Shown piece by piece: positions 14,841 through 27,979 of a DNA stretch of 64,000 nucleotides. The stretch lies in assembly GCF_009914755.1 (NCBI RefSeq), contig NC_060930.1. One strand, 5' to 3'. A model generated the notes under the pieces. It was not told the DNA's origin. It did no database searches and was given only the letters and a program-made list of their open reading frames with translations. The DNA is from the human T2T-CHM13v2.0 reference genome, Homo sapiens. The position numbers were made by a program, and so were the translations under genes. How positions within the stretch are numbered: the stretch's first letter is position 1; each line of letters starts with the position of its first letter.

Positions 14841-15259
14841 AGAGGTGCAGGTGCTAGGCTAGTTGCTGGGTTCAGCATTGAGGCTGGGAATGCTCACAGA
14901 TAAGATAGCGTTACCGCCAGTGGAAGGTCTTATTTTTATTAATTTAATTTTATTGATTGATTTGTGGGATTTTAAAACACAACAAGCTCCAAACTTAGGC
15001 TACAAAAGTTCTTGGTGATTTTGCATTCTGTCATTCTGGTAAATTTGGTATGCAGTCTAATATTTTTAAGATATTATTTTAGAGTGGATTTATTATTCTG
15101 TGAAAAACAATTTGTTTGCTAGAAAATGAAAATTATGCCTTATAAAGGAAGTAGACATTAAAAAAAAACCACATCAGTTACGTAATATTACAGTTGCAAA
15201 GGTAGTTTTTTTTTTTTCAAACTTCAAATTAACCTTTCTCACAATTTGTGAACAGATTA

Positions 15260-17855
15260 CAGTTTATTCTTGGACAATACGGATTTGAACTGCATGGGTC
15301 CACTTATATATGGATGTTTTTTCAATAAATATACTGGATTTTTTTTTTGAGAATTGCAGCAATTTTAAAAACTTGTGGACGAACCGGGTAGCCTGGCAAC
15401 ATTTTAATAAAATAAGAAAAAGTTAGGTATGTCATGAATGCATACTATATATATAGATACTAGTCTGTTTTATCATTTGCTATCATAAAATGTACATGAA
15501 TCTATTATAAAAAGTTAAAAATGATAAAACCTTAAACACACACTTACAGACTACGTGGCGCCATTTGCAGTGGGAAGAAATGTAAATATGTAAACATGCG
15601 GTATTAAATCATAGCTGCATGAAATTAACTGTAGTGCATACTGTATTACTGTAATAATTTCCTTAGCCTCTTCCAGTGATTTTAGTGTTGCGAGCACCAC
15701 TTTAAAATGCCCTGTGATGCTTATCATCTCCCTTTGAGCAGTTTCTTTCTCCAGTAAATTGCGTGGTATCTTGTGGTTCTCACGTATTTTTTGTGATGTT
15801 TAGTGCGATACCATTAACTTTGAATAATACCATGAGACCCATACAGAGTGTCATTAGTGACACTAGAAGTGCTCCCAAGAAGCAACGTCATGACATTACA
15901 AGAAAAAGTTGAATTGCTTGATGTGTACCGCAGATTGAGGTCTGCAGCTGCAGTTGCCCACCATTTCAAGATAAATTCAACCAGTGTAAGGACTATTGTT
16001 GAAAAAGAAATTTGTGACGCTGTTGCTGCAGCTACGTCAGCAGGAGCAAAACCCGTGCACTTTTTGTGAAAAACTTTTATCTTGCCTTAAAAATGCAGCT
16101 TTTATGTGGCTGCAGGATTGCTATAAAAATGTGTATCTATAGACTCTAATATTAGGAAAAAGCAAAGTCGTCATATAACAAAGCAGAAGGATAGTCAAGG
16201 ACCTAAAGCTAGAGAATTTAATGCCGGAAAAGGATGGCTTGATCATTTAAGGAAGAGGTTTGGCTTTTAAAAAATGTCAAAAGTAGAAGCAGCTTCTGTG
16301 GACCAGCAGAGATGAGTTCTAGATGCCATTAAGAAAATTATTGAGGAGAAAGGATATGTGCCTGAACAGGTTTTTAATGCAAGGTGCTTTATTCTGGGAA
16401 AAAAAAAAAAGTGCCAAAAAGGACATTTAGTAGTAAGGAAGAGAAGCAAGCACTAGTATTTAAGGCAGGAAGGGTTAGGCTAGCTCTACTGTTTTGTGCA
16501 AATGCAGTAAGGGCTGCCTCTATGTATAAAACTATTAACCCCCTGAGTGTTGAAGGGAAAAAATAAACAATAACTGCCAGCCTTTTGGTTGTACAAGAAG
16601 GCCTAGACAAGAGTTATTTTCCTGGACTAGATACATGGATGTTTTGTCCCTGAAGTCAGGAAGAACATTGCTAGTAAAGGACTATCTTTTAAAGTTCTTT
16701 TTATATTGAACAATGCCCCTAGGTACCCAGAACCCCATGAGTTCAACACGAAAGGTGTTGAAGTGGTCTACTTGCCTTCAAACACAAAGATTCCAGTTTG
16801 GCTTCTGGACCTTAAAGGCTCATTTGACATAGTACTGTATGGACAAGATTGTAACACTGGGGAAGAGAACCCCGATAAATAGAATATCATGAAAATCTGG
16901 AAGGATTACACCATTGAAGTTGCCATCGTTGTTATAGAAAAAAAACATGAAAGCCATCAGACCCAAAACAATTCATTCCTTCTAGAGAAAATTGTATCAG
17001 ATGTTGTGCATGACTTCACTGGCAAATCAAGGAAATCATGAAAGAGATTGTGGATATGATGAAAAAAAAAGGTGTGGGGTGAAAGGTTTCTAAATATAGA
17101 TTCCAGAGTTAATAGACACCACACCAGAGGGATTAACAGAAGATAACTTGATGGATGAGTGCTTCTTAAGCAATGACAGACACTGAGGAAGAAGAGGTAA
17201 AAGAAGCAGTGCCAGAAAACAGATTGACATTAGACAGTCTGGTAGAGGGTTCCTGTTGTTCAGGACTCCTTTTGACTTCTTTTACCACATGGATCCTTCT
17301 ATGATAGAGACAATGACACTAAAGCAAATGGTGGAAAAAGGATTGGTACCATACAGAAACCAATTTTTAGAGAAACAAAAAAGCAAAAATGTCAGACAGA
17401 AATTACTATGCATTGCCATAAAGTTACACCAGGTGTGCCTGCCTCTTCTGCTTCCTCTCCCATCTCCTCCACCTCTTTTGCCTCTGACATCCAGAGACAG
17501 CAAGGCTCTTTTTCCTTCCCCTCAATGTGAAGACGACGAGGATGAAGACCTTTAGGATGAAGACATTTTTGGTGATCCACTTTTACTTAATGACTAGTAA
17601 ATATATGTTATCTTCTTTATGGTTTCCTTAATAACTTTTCTTTTCTATTGCTTACTTTATTGTGAGAATAGAGTATATGATACATATAACATACAACATT
17701 TGTGTTAATTGACTGTTTATGCTATCAGTAAACAGTAGGTTCCTGTCAACAGTAGGCTATTAGTAGTTAAGGTTTTCTGGAGTCAAAAGTTATACTCAGA
17801 TTTCTGACTACTTGGGGGTCAACCCCTAACCCCTGTGTTATTCAAGCATCAACTG
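15260..17855 (+). mobile_element. Near full-length Tigger2 (pogo/TcMar-Tigger) DNA transposon with a decayed transposase
   Basis: TA|CAGTTTATTCTTGGACAATACGG at the left and CCCTGTGTTATTCAAGCATCAACTG|TA at the right form imperfect terminal inverted repeats (TIRs) with a TA TSD. Broken ORFs at 15848-17555 resemble a CENP-B-type HTH (MTLQEKVELLD...VAHHFKIN.TSVRTI), a DDE region and an acidic tail. Confidence 0.9.
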
Positions 17856-17959
17856 TACTTCACAAGTATTGTATCAAGCAAGGTGTTATGTATGGTGTTT
17901 TGGGTAGTAACTTTGAGGTAAAAAGTTCATACTCCAAAAGTTGTGGGAATATTGTGTGA

Positions 17960-18110
17960 TGGTCTGAATTTTCACTATATAATGCTGTAGCCCCATGTAG
18001 CTATTTAAATTAAATAAATGAACTTAAAACTCCTCTTCTTCTGAAGAACTAGCCAAAAAGCCTGGTGCTCGAGAATGATTATCACAAAAAGTTCCATTAG
18101 ATAGTGCTTA
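17960..18110. mobile_element. Possible MER3/MER33-type hAT MITE remnant
   Basis: GTAGCCCCATGTAGCTATTTAAATT...CTAGCC...GTGCTC...ATCACAAAAAGTTCCATTAGATAGTGCT resembles a recalled MER3/MER33 consensus. Confidence 0.4.
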
Positions 18111-18479
18111 TGTAGAAAAGGTTTCAATGTAATATTAAAATTATGTGCTTAGTTTGAAGATTCTCCTCATTTTGCTTCTGTTCACTCAGATTTAAAGTGG
18201 CCACATTCCTAAATTTAATGGTGCTGGTCATCATCCTTGTAGAAGTGTTGGAGCCCTTCAGTGTTTCTTAATGTTTTTGTATTTAGGGGGACTGTTTGCA
18301 GTTTTTGGCTTTGTTTGTAATTGCCAAATTGCATAATAAATTATATACAAAATATTATAATTTAAGAATTACTTCACTTCCTCATTCTATGTCCGAACTG
18401 CATGTATATATGTACCCCCCCCCATATATATGTGTCCGAACAATCTCATACTATATATAGGAACAATTAAGAAAGCTCA

Positions 18480-18758
<279 letters not shown>

Positions 18759-18760
<2 letters not shown>

Positions 18761-18839
18761 GAAGGAAAGAGAGAAGGAGAGGAAGAGAGGAAGAAAGGAG
18801 GGAAGGAAGAGAGGAATGAAGGAAGGAAGGAAGGGAGGG
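18759..18839 (+). repeat. GA-rich/(GGAA)n low-complexity tract
   Basis: About 80 nt of almost pure purines: AAGAAGGAAAGAGAGAAGGAGAGG...GGAAGGAAGGAAGGGAGGG. Confidence 0.85.
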
Positions 18840-19107
18840 CTCATTTTGTTATTATTGCTGCAACCCAACTTAAAATAGTGTCTTTGGAATGTAATATATG
18901 TATATGGGATCAGTCAGCTCACCTTCCAATGACTTCTCTTTATAAGTTGCATATTATTTATGGGCTTGTAAAAAGTCAAATGGCGGGTAGATTATCTTGA
19001 CTGCCTTTTGTGCCTTAATATTGTTGTATGAACACATATTTTTCCCTGAGGTAATAAAGTAGGTATTAAATAGAAATGTAGATATACTTAATTTGTGTCC
19101 AGATATC

Positions 19108-19426
19108 CTTTTTGTTTTTTTTTTTTTTTTGGAGACAGAGTCTCAGTCTGTCACCAGGCGGAGTACAGTGATGTGATCTTGGCTCACTGCAACCTCTGCC
19201 TCCCTGCAACCTCTGCTTCCTGAGTTCAAGTGATTCTACTGCCTCTGCCTCCTGAGTAGCTGGGACTGTAGGTGCATACCACCATACCCAGCTAATTTAT
19301 GTATTTTTAGTAGAGACAGGATTTCACCATGTTGGTCAGGATGGTCTTGATCTCCTGACCTCGTGATCCGCCCACCTCGGCCTCCCAAAGTGCTGGGATT
19401 ACAGGTGGGAGCCATCGCGCCCAGCC
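19108..19426 (-). mobile_element. Alu SINE (AluSc-like) with an internal 17-bp duplication
   Basis: Poly-T, GGAGACAGAGTCTCAGTCTGTCACCAGG...GATCTCCTGACCTCGTGATCCGCCCACCTCGGCCTCCCAAAG...GCGCCCAGCC. Confidence 0.95.
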
Positions 19427-19454
19427 CAGAAATCTCTTGATGGAGATTGATATG

Positions 19455-19894
19455 TGTATTAGGGTTCTCTAGAGGGACAGAACTACAGGATAGATGTATA
19501 TATAAAGGGGAGTTTATTAAGGAGTATTGACTCACAGGGTCACAAGGTGAGGTCCCACCATAGGCTGTCTGCAAGCTGAAGAGCAAGGAAGCCAGTCTGA
19601 GTCCCAAAGGTGAAGAACTTGCAGTCAGGTGTTGGAGGGCAGGAAACATCCCACACAGGTGGAAGGCTGAAAGACTAAGCCAGTCTAGCCTTTTCATGTT
19701 CTTCTGCCTGCTTTTATTCTGGCCGTGCTGGGAACTGATGAGATTGTTCCTGTGCAGATTGAGTGTGGGTCGGCCTTTCCCAGTCCACTGACTCAAATGT
19801 TAATCTCCTTTGGCAACACCCTCACAGACAACCCAGGAACAATACTTTGCATCCTTCAATCCTGTCAAGTTGACACTCGATATTAACCATCACA
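19455..19894 (-). mobile_element. 3' LTR (complete, MLT2A1-like) of the HERV-L
   Basis: TGTATTAGGGTTCTCTAGAGGGACAGAAC...GACACTCGATATTAACCATCACA; about 440 bp. Confidence 0.88.
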
Positions 19895-20337
19895 AGTCCA
19901 CCCTTGTCAACTTGAACCCATACACATCTGAAATCATACGTAATCTTCAAATAAAGACAATAATAAGGTAATAATTATGCCGAACATAATACAACTATCC
20001 TTCGTACAACCAGAAAGTACCAATCCCCAACCCAAATGCTGTTACATAGAGTTAACAACACTGAAATGCTGATATGAAGTCAATAAATCTTATGTCACAT
20101 GATAAAGGAAAAAGGAAATAAGATGAAGATATTTTCTTAGCACAAGTGTATACATGCACAAATATGTTCTTAACAAAATAAGAACTCATGACAATTACAG
20201 TTCTCATTTCTGCACTTGGTCACATGGCCATAGCTGGAATTGATGACTACCTTCTACTACCCATTCTTTATTTCCTTTGCCTTCTGCAAGCACCTCAGCA
20301 GTTTGTGGTTTTTTACCTGGTAGAGTCACCCAAACCA

Positions 20338-20640
20338 TCATTCCTGAGGGTCTGGGCCATTTGTAATCCTGCCTGGATTGGGCTGTTGTAGTTTTCCATT
20401 TACCTCAATCACAGGGCATGGTAATACTAAGAGACGCCCTAAGGGATCTCCTGTATTCCATGCATACTTTTCCTTACCTCCATTATGGAGTAGTAGACTG
20501 ATTTCATCTTGATAGTCCAGGTCATTCACCCAAGCCAACACTGCAATTCCCTTCTTGGCCTGTTGACTTAAAGGTAGCAGTGGCCAGGTGGCAATATTAA
20601 CTTACAGTTTAATGGAATCATTGTGTCTCCTGGTGACAGG
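20338..20640 (-). pseudogene. HERV-L dUTPase remnant
   Basis: The - strand ORF VNDLDYQDEISLLLHNGG resembles the dUTPase motif GVIDxDYxGEI. Its position downstream of integrase is typical of ERVL. Confidence 0.65.
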
Positions 20641-21500
20641 TTCCTTCCTCTGGAACTAAGACCTTTAGACCAGCAGAACATAATGTTATGGGAACAGGAA
20701 GCAAAAATTTTGCTAGTGGGTCTCTAGGGATGATGGTGAGTGTTGCCACTTCCACTTCTACCTTTTGATTCCTGGACCTGTGAATCCTGGCTAAGGGAGA
20801 AACAGTACCATGTATTGGACACTGATTCAGAGCATACACAGCCCTCTGGAGAACTTTGCCTGAGCCCTGCAAAGTATTATCACCTAGTTGGTGTTGTCAT
20901 TGCGACTTCAAAAGGCCATTCCACTGTTCTATCAATCCAGCTGCTTCAGGATGATGGGGAACATGGTAAGACCAGTGAATTTCATGAGCATGAGCCCACT
21001 GCTGCACTTCTTTAGCCGTAAAGTGAGTACCTTCATCAGAGGCAATGTTGTGTGGAATACCATGACAGTAGATAAGGCATTCCATGAGTCCATGGATGGT
21101 AGTCTTGGCAGCAGCATTGCATGCAGGATAGGCAAACCCATATCTGGAGTAAGTGTCTGTTCCAGTAAGGACAAACCACTGCCCTTTCCATGATGGAAGA
21201 GGTCGAGTGTAATCAACCTGCCACCAAGTAGCTGGCTGATCACCCCAAGGAATGGTGCCATATTAAGGGCTCAGTGTTGGTCTCTGCTGCTGGCAAATTG
21301 GGCACTCAGCAGTGGCCATAGCCAGGTCAGCCTTGGTGAGTGGAAGTCCATGTTGCTGAGCCCATGCGTAACCTCCATTCCTGCCACCATGGCCACTGTG
21401 TTCATGGGCCCATTGGGCGATGACAGAGGTGGCTGGGGAAAGAGGCTGAGTGTTGTCCACACAACGAGTGATCCTATCCACTTGATTATTAAAATCCTTT
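20640..21500 (-). pseudogene. HERV-L integrase remnant (frameshifted)
   Basis: HHCC zinc motif HEHSGH...CPIC (ORF 21263-21697). Catalytic core SDEGTHF and HPEAAGLIEQWNGLLK (ORF 20897-21085). Confidence 0.85.
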
Positions 21501-21816
21501 TCTGTGGAGGTCACCTGTTGGTGAACACTCATATGGGATACAAATATCTTCAGTTTTTGACCACTCAGAGAGTTCCATCCACGTACCTCTTCCCCAGATT
21601 TCTTTGTCACCAATTTTCCAGTCATGCTTCTTCCAAGTCCCTGACCATCCAGCCAAACCATTGGCCATAGCCTGTGAATCAGTATGTAATCACACATCTG
21701 GCCATTTCTCCTTCATGCAAAGTGTACAACCAGGTACACTGGTCGAAGTTCTGCCCACTGGGAAGATTTCCCTTCACTGCTGTCCTTCAGGGATGTCCTA
21801 GAAAGGGGGTGTAGTA

Positions 21817-22233
<417 letters not shown>

Positions 22234-23032
22234 TCAACTGATTGTAGGAAACTCCTGATGAGACCATAGGTGCATGCTGTGGGGGAGAAGGCAGGGTGGC
22301 AGGAGTGGAGATGATGGGCATTTGAGCCACTTCCTCATGTAACTTACTTGTGCCTCAGGACCTGCTTGAGCCTGATCACATATATGCCACTTCCATTTGA
22401 TGATGGAATGCTGCTGGGCCCCAGTTTATGGCTAGATGGGTCAGAAAGTACCCATTTCACAATAGGCAGTTCAGGTTGCGTGGTGACTTGACCCATGGTC
22501 AAACATTCAGTTTCCAGTAAAGCCCAGGAACAGGCCAAGAGGCTGTCTCTCAGAAGGAGCGTAGTTATCTGCAGAAGACAGCAGGGCCTTGCTCCAAAAT
22601 CCTAGAAGCTTCTGCTGTGATTCACCTATGGGTGCCTGCCAAAGGCTCCAAACAGCATCTCTATCTGCCACTGACACCTCAGACACCATTAGATCTGCTG
22701 GATCATATGAACCAAGTGACAGAGCAGCTTGCACAGCAGCCTGGACCTGTTGTAGAGTCTTCTTCTATTCTGGACCCCACTCAAAACTAGCAGCCTTTTG
22801 GGTCACCTGATAGATGGGCAGAGTAACACACCCAAATGAGGAATGTGTTGCCTCCAAAATCCAAATAGGCCCACTAGGTGTTATGCTTCTTTCTTGGTTG
22901 TAGAAGGTTGCCAAATGCAGCTACTTATCCTTTACCTTCCTTAGAGGGAATATCTTGACAAGCCCCACACCACAGGACCCCTAGAAATTTTACTGAGGTA
23001 GAAGGTCCCTGAATTTTAGTCGAATTTATTTC

Positions 23033-23779
23033 CTATCCTCTGGCATACAAATGTTTCATCAGTAAGTCCAGTGTGTTTGCTACTTCATGCTCACAGGATC
23101 CAATCAGCATAATGTCATCAATGTAATGGACCAGTGTGATACCTTGTAGAAGGGAAAAGCAATCAAGCTCTCTCAGAACAAGATTATGACACAAAGCCAG
23201 AGAGTTGATATACCCTTGAGGTAGAACAGTAAAGGTATATTGCTGGCCTTGCCAGCTGAAGGCAAATTGCTTTTGATGGGCCTTATGGACAAGAATAGAG
23301 AAAAAGGCATTTGCCAAATCAGTGGCCGCATACCAAGTACCAGGAGATGTGTTAATTTGCTCAAGTAATGAAGCCACATCTGGTATAGCAGCTGCAATTG
23401 GAGTCACCACAACTTGGTTAAGCTTATGATAATTCACTGTCGTTCTCCAAGATCCATCTGTCTTCTGCACAGGCCAAATAGGAGAGTTGAACGGGGATGT
23501 GGTGGGCATCACCACCCCTGGGTCTTTCAAGTACTCGATGATGGCACTAATCTCTTCAGTCACTCCAGGGATGTGATATTGTTTTTGATTTACTATTTTT
23601 CTAGGTAGAGGCAGCTCTACAGGCTTCCATTTGGCCTTTCCTACCATAATAGTCCTCACCCTACCAGTCAGGGAGCCAACGTGGGGGTTCTGCCAGCTGC
23701 TAAGTACGTCTGTGCCAATTATGCATTCTGTTACTGGGGAAATGGCCACAGGATGTGTCCGGGGACCCACTGGACCCAC
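23033..23779 (-). pseudogene. HERV-L pol: 248-codon open segment covering the protease C-terminus and reverse transcriptase core
   Basis: SPFNSPIWPVQKTDGSWR, DLANAFFSI, FTVLPQGYINS and the catalytic YIDD motif. Stop codons and frameshifts flank it. Confidence 0.92.
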
Positions 23780-23836
23780 TGTAAGTTGGATCTGAGTTAA
23801 AACTCCATTAATTACCTGACCTCCATAAGCCCTTAC

Positions 23837-24393
23837 TTAAACTGGAGGACCACAGTGACATGCTGTGTTCCCTGGAATCAATGTCAGCTCAGAGCCAGTG
23901 TCTGGTAGTTCCTGAAATGTCTGATCATTTTTTCCTTCCTCCAGTGCACAGTTACCCTGGTAAAAGGCTGGAGGTCTCCCTGGGGAAGGATAGGAGAAAG
24001 AGTAACAGCATAAATTGTCGATAGTGTAGTGGGGTCCTTTCTCAAGAGCCCCCAGCTTTCCCTTCATTCAATGGGTGCTGGGTCTGTAAACTGTCTCAGG
24101 TCTGGAAATTGATTGAAGGGCTGTGATTCTCTGTTTTAATAATTCAAATTAGTCTTTTTTCCACTCAACCTGGAAGTTTTCTGCTTATATAAATTAAGAA
24201 TGCAGTAGGCGTCCTATCAATTTCACTTCTAGGAACACTGTGATTAATTAGCCAATGCCAGAGCTCTACGTGAGTCAGGCTATTCCGATTGCTGCTTTGC
24301 CTCTGCTGTCCATTATGGTAGCTATGCCCACCTTGCCTTTGATGGTTGAGTGCTGCCCTTGGCTCCTGCCACCTTAGTATCTAATTATTCCAG
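23837..24393 (-). pseudogene. HERV-L 3' gag and aspartic protease remnant
   Basis: DTGSELTLIPG is a retroviral protease active-site motif. The upstream segment is continuous internal sequence up to the deletion junction. Confidence 0.7.
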
Positions 24394-24636
24394 TTGCACA
24401 GATGGAGGGCTGAAAGGCTAAGCCAGTCTAGTCTTTTCATGTTCTTCTACCTGCTTTTATTCTGGCTGTGCTGGCAGCTTATGAGATTGTGCCCACTCAG
24501 ATTGAGGGTGGTCTGCCTTTCCCAGTCCACTGATTCAAATGTTAATCTCCTTTGGCAGTACCCACACAGACACACCCAGAATAATGCTTTGCATCCTTCA
24601 ATCCAATAAAGTTAACACTCAGTATTAACCATCACA
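24394..24636 (-). mobile_element. Truncated 5' LTR (only the 5'/U3 half) of the HERV-L
   Basis: Aligns by eye to 19653-19894 (CTAAGCCAGTCTAG...TATTAACCATCACA) and lacks the counterpart of 19455-19650. Confidence 0.88.
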
Positions 24637-25644
24637 ATATGTATATTCTCCCATTCCTTAAAGGGCTCTTCACCAGTTTTTATTGAATATGTGTTATAAA
24701 TCACAGTGAGCATGGAATCAGACATAATTAAATCCTAAAATTATTTACAATAACAGCAGATAATGAAAGAAACCTGACTGGTGGCATGGGTAGTTGGAGG
24801 GTTGGAGCTTGTCTGATGTGAAGAACTTATTGCCTCACCATGCTGTTTCCCCTCCTTGGGAATTTATCATTCTGGAGACTTTGGTTACCGTTTGGGTTGT
24901 ACACATCTCTGAAGTTAGTGTTAAACCTGTGCATCTGGGAACACAAGGATACCAGACGCTCATTTATCTGATAAAGACAACCTGGTTCCTCTTAACATAA
25001 ATGATCTCATTCTCAAATAAATTGTGTGACTATACCTTAAAGTGGTCATCCTACTCTAATATTTTAACCAATCTCAGCCTTTACAAAATGAAACACAAAG
25101 AGCAACACCTTTTATCACTGTAGCATGGAGATTTGCTTATTTCAAACTTAATTAGAAATGCCATCTGTAATAGCTATTAATAACTTTATTAGCAAACTCC
25201 ACCATTGCCTACTAAGGGTGATTTTGGGAACCAGCCATGATAATCTCCAGCACCTTGTGACACTGCACAAGTTACTTAACTTCCATAAATCTCCATTTTC
25301 TTATTAGCACAATTGAAATAAAAGTATCTACCTCATAAGGTTGTTGAGTGGTTTGGATGAGATAATGCATCTATAATAGGATGCTAAATTAACATTCTTT
25401 ATATCTTTATTTTGCCTGTGGTACTAATACCATATATGTTTATTATCATAATTATGAGATAATTATCAATATCTATAATATACAAAGAAAAGGGAAAAGA
25501 AACAGTTTTGTATGTTATGAGCCCCAATAGAGTGAGAAGGCAAAGGATGATCTGGGAAGAAATTTTTTTTTAGAGTAATTCAAGTTTTCTTGATATTTAG
25601 TTTAAATGACAATTGAAAATCTAACACTTTGTGGAAGATGTGTT

Positions 25645-25862
25645 CTATAGGAATACATTTAACCGAGGAGGTGAAAGATCTCTGCAAGGAGAACTACAAA
25701 ACACTGATGAAATAAATAGATGACACAAACAAATGGAGAAACATTTCATGCTCGTGTAGCAGAAGAATCAATATGGTTAAAATGACCATAACCATCCAAA
25801 GCAATATACAAATTCAATGCAATTCCTATGAAATTACCAATGTCATTCTTCACAGAATTAGA
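25645..25862 (+). mobile_element. L1 ORF2 fragment
   Basis: GGAGGTGAAAGATCTCTGCAAGGAGAACTACAAAACACTGATGAAA...AGAAGAATCAATATGGTTAAAATGACCATA...TTCTTCACAGAATTAG is typical L1 ORF2 3' sequence. Confidence 0.85.
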
Positions 25863-27375
25863 TTTGTTAAAAAGAATAGTATGTCATTTTTGAATCTCAG
25901 GTGGGGGAAGATTATCCTCATGGAATAAAATTTAAAAGGACAGTTTTATCAGTTACACATATAAGTTAAACATTTAACACAGTACCTGGCATATGGTAAC
26001 TACTTAATATATGTGTACTATTATTGTCATAGATATATACTACTATTTGTATTTTATGCTGAGTTTGTTCTTATGTTTGTTAAAAAAAGGTATTTCACGT
26101 TTTCTATGTATTTACTGAGGTTAAAAAAAATATGCTTCCTACTCTAATGGAGTTTATATTCTATTGAGAAAAATAAACAATAAGGAATAATTACACAATA
26201 AAATACAACTTGATAAATGCCTCAAAGGGACATTTCTCCTTGATGTATTGATATAATATTCCTATGTGTTTTGCTGTCTCACAAAACCAAAAGGTAACCT
26301 GGTCAAAATGGCATCTGAAAGATAACACAGCCTTTATAGTCAATATAATCTTTCAAATACAGTTTAATTCCTTTGAATACACATGCAAAGCACACACACA
26401 CACTGATTAACAATGGGCTCTATCTGGTGGGATTATCTAAAAATTGAGATTAACAACCACGTTTTACAAGTGATTGCCATTCATACTGCTATTGCCAGGT
26501 GAGAAAAATTGGGCATCTCTTGTCTCTTAGCTTATAAATACTAACTAATATAAATCTCTCTAAATGGAAGAAAAAGTGAACTAAATCCTGCTTATAAAAT
26601 AACAGTTAAAGTTAAATGAAATATGTAATATAATTCATTGAAAGAAGGTCTACTGAAGATTCATACTGAAGATTCGTGCCTGTGAGGAATTGAGTAAAGA
26701 GGCCTAAGAGTAAACAGTGAAATTAAGGTGCTGTCTTGATCCAAGGGAAAGCCACTTATACTTAAGGAACTTAATATATAAATCCTAAGGCAGGGAGTTG
26801 GAAGAAGAGCCTGGCATAGGATAACAGGATTTCCTTCCTTCTTTATCTTCTCCATGCTGACTTTCAGTAAACTGAGAAAGTACAACACAAATTAATTATG
26901 CCTTTGAATTTCTACAGTGCTTTGTGAATGGCTTCAGATGTCAACCTATATAACAAGGGGCAGTTGGTTGGTTTATAGCTGTTACTGCTAGGCAGTGTTT
27001 AGCAGTCTTTTGAGGAGCATAAGGTTTCTGGATTAGTCTAAGAAATGATACATGCAAGAATATCAAACAATGAGTAGCTGAATAAGACTGAGGACCCTTA
27101 ATAACAGATGTGACTTTTACCCCTAAATATAGAGATGGTGTTAGGGTACCAAGTGTAGATTGTGGCAATATGAATAATTGCCTGTTAAGTTTGGGTACCT
27201 GACAATCATTGGAGAATCGGGAACTCTTATAAGATGATACATCCTTTAAATGTAACTTATGCAATGCTTTATATGGTCACTTAGTTCTTAAACTAAACGT
27301 ACTGGGAGTATCCTCTTTGGGCTTCAGCAGTATAATGCATACTGCTCACATAGTGCTTATAATTTTGACTAGAAG

Positions 27376-27741
27376 TGTATTAGTCCATTCTCTTACTGCT
27401 ATAAAGAACTGCCTAAGACTGAGTAATTTATAAAGAGGTTTAGTTGACTCATAATTCTTCATGGCTGGGGAGGCCTCAAGAAACTTAGAATCATGATGGA
27501 AGGGGAAGAGGCACGTCTTACATGACGGCAGGTGAGAGAGAGCGAGAGTATGAAGGAGGAACTGTCAGATACTTATAAAACCATCAGATCTTGTGAGAAC
27601 TCACTATCATGAGAACAGCATGGGGGACACCGCCCCCATGATCCATCACCTCCCACTGGGTCTCTCTATTGATACATGTGGATCATGGGGATTACAATTC
27701 AAGATGAGATTTGGGTGGGGACACAAAGCCTAACCATATCA
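27376..27741 (-). mobile_element. THE1-family (MaLR) solo LTR
   Basis: TGTATTAGTCCATTCTC...GAGATTTGGGTGGGGACACAAAGCCTAACCATATCA; 366 bp with a perfect TSD AGAAG on both sides. Confidence 0.9.
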
Positions 27742-27979
27742 AGAAGTTATTGGTTTATGTATATTTCCTGGGAGCAAAGAATTCATTTTGTGTTCTTCTC
27801 ATAGTCCTGGTATTTTTTCTTGTAACATTAAGAGGGTTTGCAATTCAAAAATTTGGCTATTATTTATTCATGTAATAATTTATTTAATAAATATCTAAAA
27901 AGAACCTACTGCATTATGAGTGCACTCTTCTAGCTAGTCAATTGAAAATGCCATGAATGCAAGGACCATGGCTATTTCC

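Noticed and set aside
13984-14862. 292-aa ORF as a stand-alone gene
   Set aside because: It begins at a GTG inside the exon and runs through the donor. The true exon is 13920-14785, spliced in frame with 11211-11551.
19236-19796. 186-aa minus-strand ORF
   Set aside because: A chimera of MLT2A LTR and Alu sequence with no protein-like features.
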